Below, piece by piece: positions 59,072-64,000 of a DNA stretch of 64,000 nt (position 1 is its first letter; each line of letters starts with the position of its first letter). The notes beneath the pieces are model-generated. The model saw only the letters and a program-made list of their open reading frames with translations, was not told where the DNA came from and searched no databases. The position numbers were made by a program, and so were the translations under genes. Origin of the DNA: Hormiphora californensis (lineage: Eukaryota > Animalia > Ctenophora); the NCBI GenBank assembly GCA_020137815.1, contig CM035362.1:3472001-3536000 (forward strand), given 5' to 3'.

Positions 59072-60668
59072 CTATTCAAGTTTTTGAGTAGGCCACCAGA
59101 CAGCCAAATCCAAACTATATCCAGCTTTGCATTCTTTGTAGAGTTTAACAAGTGAATCAGTAGGGGAGTTGATATTACTACAGTTAATAAATGAGACCCA
59201 GTCTTTAAAACCACTGCGCCCCGTAACAAAAATGTGCTGTAGAAATTCAGGGTCTCGGTGAAAGTGAGAGTCTGTTTTAGCGTCTAAAATACCTTGATCT
59301 GTCACTAACTCGAGAGTAATAACTGGCCAAGATTGTTCATTGTTTATAGCCAGTGAAGCTTTCAAAGCCACTTTACATCTTTTATTGGATCCTTTTGGGT
59401 TTTCTTCACAGTAACTGGAAAAATCATGTAGGTCGAGGAACATGTGTTCAGAATACTGCAATGGAATCTTTAGAGGACCATTGTATATCCAATCACAACG
59501 TAACCTATGTCCAATGTCCTCTTTCCCTTCCACATAATGTGTCACAACTTGCCTTAATCCAGGAAACTGTCTAGAAAAACTATTTGCAGTTACTGTTGAT
59601 ACCCAAAGTAGCCCATGGGTGGTATTGTAACATCTCCTGTCCAGTGCTGCTGTTATTGCATCAACTATCTCTCGTGAATTTGTATCACCGTATATTTGAC
59701 AACAGTAAAGCAGAGAATATACAAACTGGATACCTGAATTAATTCTCGGTTCTTCATCAATCACTTTAACGGCATCAAGCAATGTTGTACACTCTCCAAG
59801 GGCTGGTATTTCAATTGGGTAAACTATCTTTTGAGGACTTTCCTTGGAAATCCTAGGAGGAGTGGGAGCAGGTGATCTATGCGAGAATATCGAAAACAAG
59901 GCTCCAAGATCATCGTTGGAGAGAGAACGTTGCAGTGTTGTAACCAACTTCTGGTACAATTCAGGATCCTCTTGGAAACAAATGGCCAGTGTTTCGGACG
60001 TCAGTAACCGTTTCTCAACACCACTTAGCTTCACAGGAGGGGGCTTGCTCTCAACGACTGGGATGAACCATTCAAACAGAACCGTGATTGATCTGCTAGC
60101 CAGGGAAATACACAGATCTGTGTACACAAAGTCCTGTTTGTTGGGATCATGGGAGACTGAAATTTTTGACCAGCGACAATCGGAGGTCAGACAATTCTCC
60201 CATACTGGTACTTCAGAACAAGCTGTAGGTCTTTGTTGTTCCTCTCCTTGAGGATGTACCCAGCTTCCTGAAATAGGTAACCATGCCGCCTCTAGAGATC
60301 CTGTTGTCAGCTCCTGAGCAGAGGTTGGTATAGAATTTTAGACACTCGTCTATCATCCATTGGACTTTGAACACTGCACTCAGCTTGTTTACCTCTCGGA
60401 AGTTTTCCCTGGTGAGAATAAAGGACCCCGTGTAACAAGCTTCAACAAAACATTGGACGGAAGAATGGGAAAACTCTTCCACGTCGAGTTCCTTCATTTG
60501 AAGTTCACCCACCAGCTCAGACACCACCAAGCTGTTAATAGCCAGGGGAAATGAACTGGTTCGGACAATTTCACCTCCACTGCAGATGAGCTGTAGATCG
60601 TTAAGTCCCCTCAACTCCAGGTAGTGTCTACCAAAGTTCATGGGAACTGTGCAAGTCTGTAGCACCAT
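59072..60668 (-). CDS. Intronless BTB/POZ-domain protein, interrupted by frameshifts at ~60150-60320 (assembly indels or pseudogene)
   Basis: ORF 60213-60668: DLQLICSGGEIVRTSSFPLAINS..LDVEEFSHSSVQCFVEACYTG..LTRENFREVNKLSAVFKVQWM (BTB). It continues through shifted frames into the 351-aa ORF. Confidence 0.7.
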
Positions 60669-61087
60669 GGTGACTCTCTATTTGGGAACAAGGGTTTAGG
60701 TTAGATTTGTGTCAAGAAAATACAGGGAGGGGAATGGTAAAAAAGGGCAACAATAAGTTGTTACAGGGAGTATAGGGACAATATGAGGTTCACGAGTTAC
60801 AACCAGGTTGGAGGGGTGGAGAGAGATGATTGGGAAATAAAGTGGGAGAAAGAAGGAAACAGAAATAAAAGAGGTAAAGAGGGTGTGTGGTAGAGAAAGG
60901 GAGTTAGTGCCAGGTGGATTAAAGTTGGGGCATTGGTATTTGGACCATCCATATTTTGGAAGTAAGCACTAGGGTGTGCTAAGTGAAAATTTTGTCGACT
61001 TGGCCAATAGTTTAAGGGTAGATATGAAACTATGGACAATTGTCTACTACATCCTGAAAACGGAATTGGGGTAGTGTATGTCAATTA

Positions 61088-61655
61088 CGTGGGCCAGGCG
61101 ATTAAAAAAGTTTACTTTTTTACCGAAAAAAGGAAAATATGTGTGTTTTACACGAGTGTTTGGCATGTTCTTGATATCAACTTTTTATGGTCAGGGTCAA
61201 CGGTTTAATACCGACCAGAATGGATGTGTATCATGAAAGTTAGCCAAAGTTCATTTTTGGCCTGAAAATGTTCATTTTGGACCAAACATGTTCATTTTTG
61301 ACTAAAAATGTTCATTTCGGTCATCTTCTTCAATTTTGAGAGCTTTTTCATGAACGGGATCGTGTTCAGCAGGTCAAAATTAGTCGATTACAACCGGAAT
61401 TTGCTTTCCAACAAATAAAATCTCAAAAAGTTAAAATTCGTCTCCACTAATACTGCAAAGTAGGAAAATGTGCAAGAAAAAAATATGAAAAAAAAAATTT
61501 TTCATTATAAAATGGAGTTCTGAAGGTCCAGGCTGGAAATAATGCTTGTACTGGTTCTCATGAGGCGATTCATGTGTGTGGTTTTTTCGAAATAACGCCC
61601 CAAAATACATTTTTTGATATGAATATGCCCATATATGGGCATACATCGGCCCACG
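61088..61655. mobile_element. Probable DNA-transposon remnant with short TIRs, TA-flanked
   Basis: caattacgtgggcc ... ggcccacgtaattg inverted termini around AT-rich non-coding sequence. Confidence 0.5.
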
Positions 61656-63314
61656 TAATTGGGCCAGGGTAGGACTAAAATTTTTTTACCAAATGTTTTA
61701 GAAAGGTCGTAGGAACTCATTCTAGGGGTAAACTATGTGAAAATTGGATTTGATTTATGAGTTGGGAAAAATAGCACACCCACTTTTATCCCCTGTTGTT
61801 TGGAGTGCTTACTAAGCACTCCAAACAACAGGGGATAAAATCCCCTGTTATCTTCAATGATGTATTAGTCTACAATCTAGAATATATTATCCGAGTAGCT
61901 CCGGCATCTAGGCAGTATTGCCTAGAATCAAGAAGGGGAATTTGTGGGGAAAAACACCGAAAACCGGAAAGTTCTGCCGACTTTTGATCATGTGTGAAAA
62001 TCAGGAACCGACCGAAACAAGTAAACAGCCAATCAGAACTCGTTATTTAGGTCACGTGACTGGTTATCAGCCAATCAGGGACCAGTATTTCCTGATTCGA
62101 TCGGTTCCTGGTGAAAATGATGTAATGGAGTCCATGTGTGTAAAGATCAGTGTAACAGTGTCTAAACAAACAACACTTTGTTTGTAGCGGCAGTACAGGT
62201 TGTGGTAAATTGGTCGCGGTAGTTTGGTAAATGGTCAGTAGTTAGTTGGTTTAGTAAATGGGTAGTACAGTTAGTAGTTGGTGTAGTAAATGGGTAGTAC
62301 AGTTAGTAGTTGGTTTAGTAAATGGGTAGTACAGTTTTTAGTTGATTTAGTAAATAGGTAGTTCAGTTTTTATTTGATTTAGTAAATGAACAGCACAGTT
62401 TCTAAAATCCCGGTAGCAGTTAGTGATTCTCACAATACAACTGACTACACCATGAATCCGTCACCTAATATCCGTGTATCAGAAGTTTGTTTTTATTTCC
62501 GTCTGTATACAAACTCTTTCTATCTAACACTGTATACATTCTTTCTCTCTATCTAATATCTATATATCTCTCCCTTTCTCATTCTCTCATTCTTTCCTTC
62601 TCTCTCTCTCTCTCGCTCTCTTGCTATCTGTTTATTGCATTATCCAGCATGTTTTCACCCAATGGTACTTTGCCTTGTCCATGTCCTGCTGTCTGTCCTT
62701 GCGAGTCATGTATTATGTAATCCAAAATACGAGCTGTTCTCATGTTGACAATACAGGATGTTAACCTCGATGTAAAAACCTTAGTTACCTTGCCTCTTTA
62801 GATTTATCAGAAAAGACCATCCTAACTTAGTTTGCTAATTTGCTAACTTATAATGCTCACTTGAAAATTGTAATAATATGAAGTTACCAGAAAGTGAAAT
62901 AAATCTCCAAATATTTCCCAGGAATATATGATTCATCATTGATCCCTCTAATGTTGCCCCCCAGTGGAACCCAACACTGCTAATACAACGAACATTGTTT
63001 GACCCACGAGGAATCTTACTACGAATCCCCTCTTCTCTATCTTTCTATCTCTCTATCTCTCTGGGAAGAAGAAGAGAGATTCATTTTATATTACACAATC
63101 GCTGTGTGTGAGCGAGATAACTGCTAGGCTCTCCCACATTTTCTGGCATTTTGGTTCGTGATTTAGCTCAACTTTGTGTTTTACTACTACTCTCAAAGGA
63201 TCAAAGTTTATCAGGAACACACTACTTGCCTTACTTGACACTGCCTCACCGTGCACCCCAGGTTTGAACAAAACTTCTACGTACTCCACATCTCAGATAT
63301 ATTAGTCTCACGGT

Positions 63315-63929
63315 ATGAGGCGCCTGAAATTCGTTCTTATCGGACACCCCCAGGTGGGCCGAACGACCCTCCTAGAAACCTACGTTAACGGAGCTCAGTT
63401 CATGAGATCTGACTCTGGAACTTTGGCCCGGGGTTCCTCCCGACCTCGTTCATTCATGATGACCTCCAGCTCGGCAGTGTCATTCAACATCAATGTAGTG
63501 GTGGATGGTACCCCTTTTTCTCTGAGATTATACGATCCTGAGATGGAGGATTTAGAGTCAGTTCTGGGTGATGAAATGCCCGATGCGGTTATAATTCTCT
63601 TTGATATTTCAAACTTGGAAAGTTTCCAAGTGGTCGAGGAACTTTATCGGAGAGTGAAACTCCATTCCCCGAAGATGAAGATTGTAGTAGCGGGAAATAA
63701 ACTTGATCTACGGATCCGGAATCCCCAACGGTTGCCCCTGGTTACGGTTCAAGAAGTCAAGGACATGGCATTGAGACTCCGAACCAGAGAGATGGTGGAA
63801 TGTTCAGGGATGACGTTACGGGGTGTTGACGATCTGTTTGACTCGACAGTTAGGTTTGCTGCACCCGCTATGAGTGAGCTGAAATTTAGGTTAAAGAGGA
63901 GATCGAGAGCGGATTGTTCGGTTATGTGA
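63315..63929 (+). CDS. Intronless atypical Rho/Rac-family small GTPase with CAAX motif
   Basis: LKFVLIGHPQVGRTTLL (G1), FSLRLYDPEMED (degenerate G3), VVAGNKLDLR (G4), ECSG (G5), polybasic tail + CSVM. Confidence 0.88.
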   Translation: MRRLKFVLIGHPQVGRTTLLETYVNGAQFMRSDSGTLARGSSRPRSFMMTSSSAVSFNINVVVDGTPFSLRLYDPEMEDLESVLGDEMPDAVIILFDISNLESFQVVEELYRRVKLHSPKMKIVVAGNKLDLRIRNPQRLPLVTVQEVKDMALRLRTREMVECSGMTLRGVDDLFDSTVRFAAPAMSELKFRLKRRSRADCSVM

Positions 63930-64000
63930 GAGGGGAGATCGAGAGCAGATTGTTTGTATATGAGTCGGACATGTGAGAGGGGGACTGGGGAGGTCGAGAG

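Overview
Eukaryotic, intron-rich animal DNA; gene style, repeat content and a lineage-type domain suggest a ctenophore (inference). Three multi-exon genes lie on the minus strand: (1) a secreted Cys-rich (GCC2/GCC3, Ephrin_rec_like-type) repeat + mucin-like + Ig-like + VWD protein (ATG 17919, running off the left edge), (2) a large WD40 protein of WDR87/WDR97 type (~37308 to 19214), and (3) calpain-7 (58394 to 41491). A PDE1-like phosphodiesterase (+, 37705-40315) sits head-to-head with the WD40 gene. A small secreted two-domain gene is nested antisense inside a WD40 intron. An intronless BTB gene (frameshifted) and an atypical Rho-family GTPase end the window. Mobile DNA includes an intact, young Ty3/gypsy (Mag-like) LTR element with an RVDD RT motif, a MULE carrying a LINE endonuclease fragment, and several MITE families (TA, 8-bp and 9-bp TSDs). 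The most striking pattern is that tandem repeats in these introns are repeatedly made of the splice junction itself. One 171-nt exon is preceded by ~160 tandem copies of its own branch point + 3' splice site + first 22 nt (7.7 kb) and followed by 7 extra copies of its own 3' end + GTAAGT donor. Similar junction duplications occur at more than a dozen other exons, including an in-frame ladder of six acceptors in calpain-7. Scattered 1-bp frameshifts and two degraded segments look like assembly errors.
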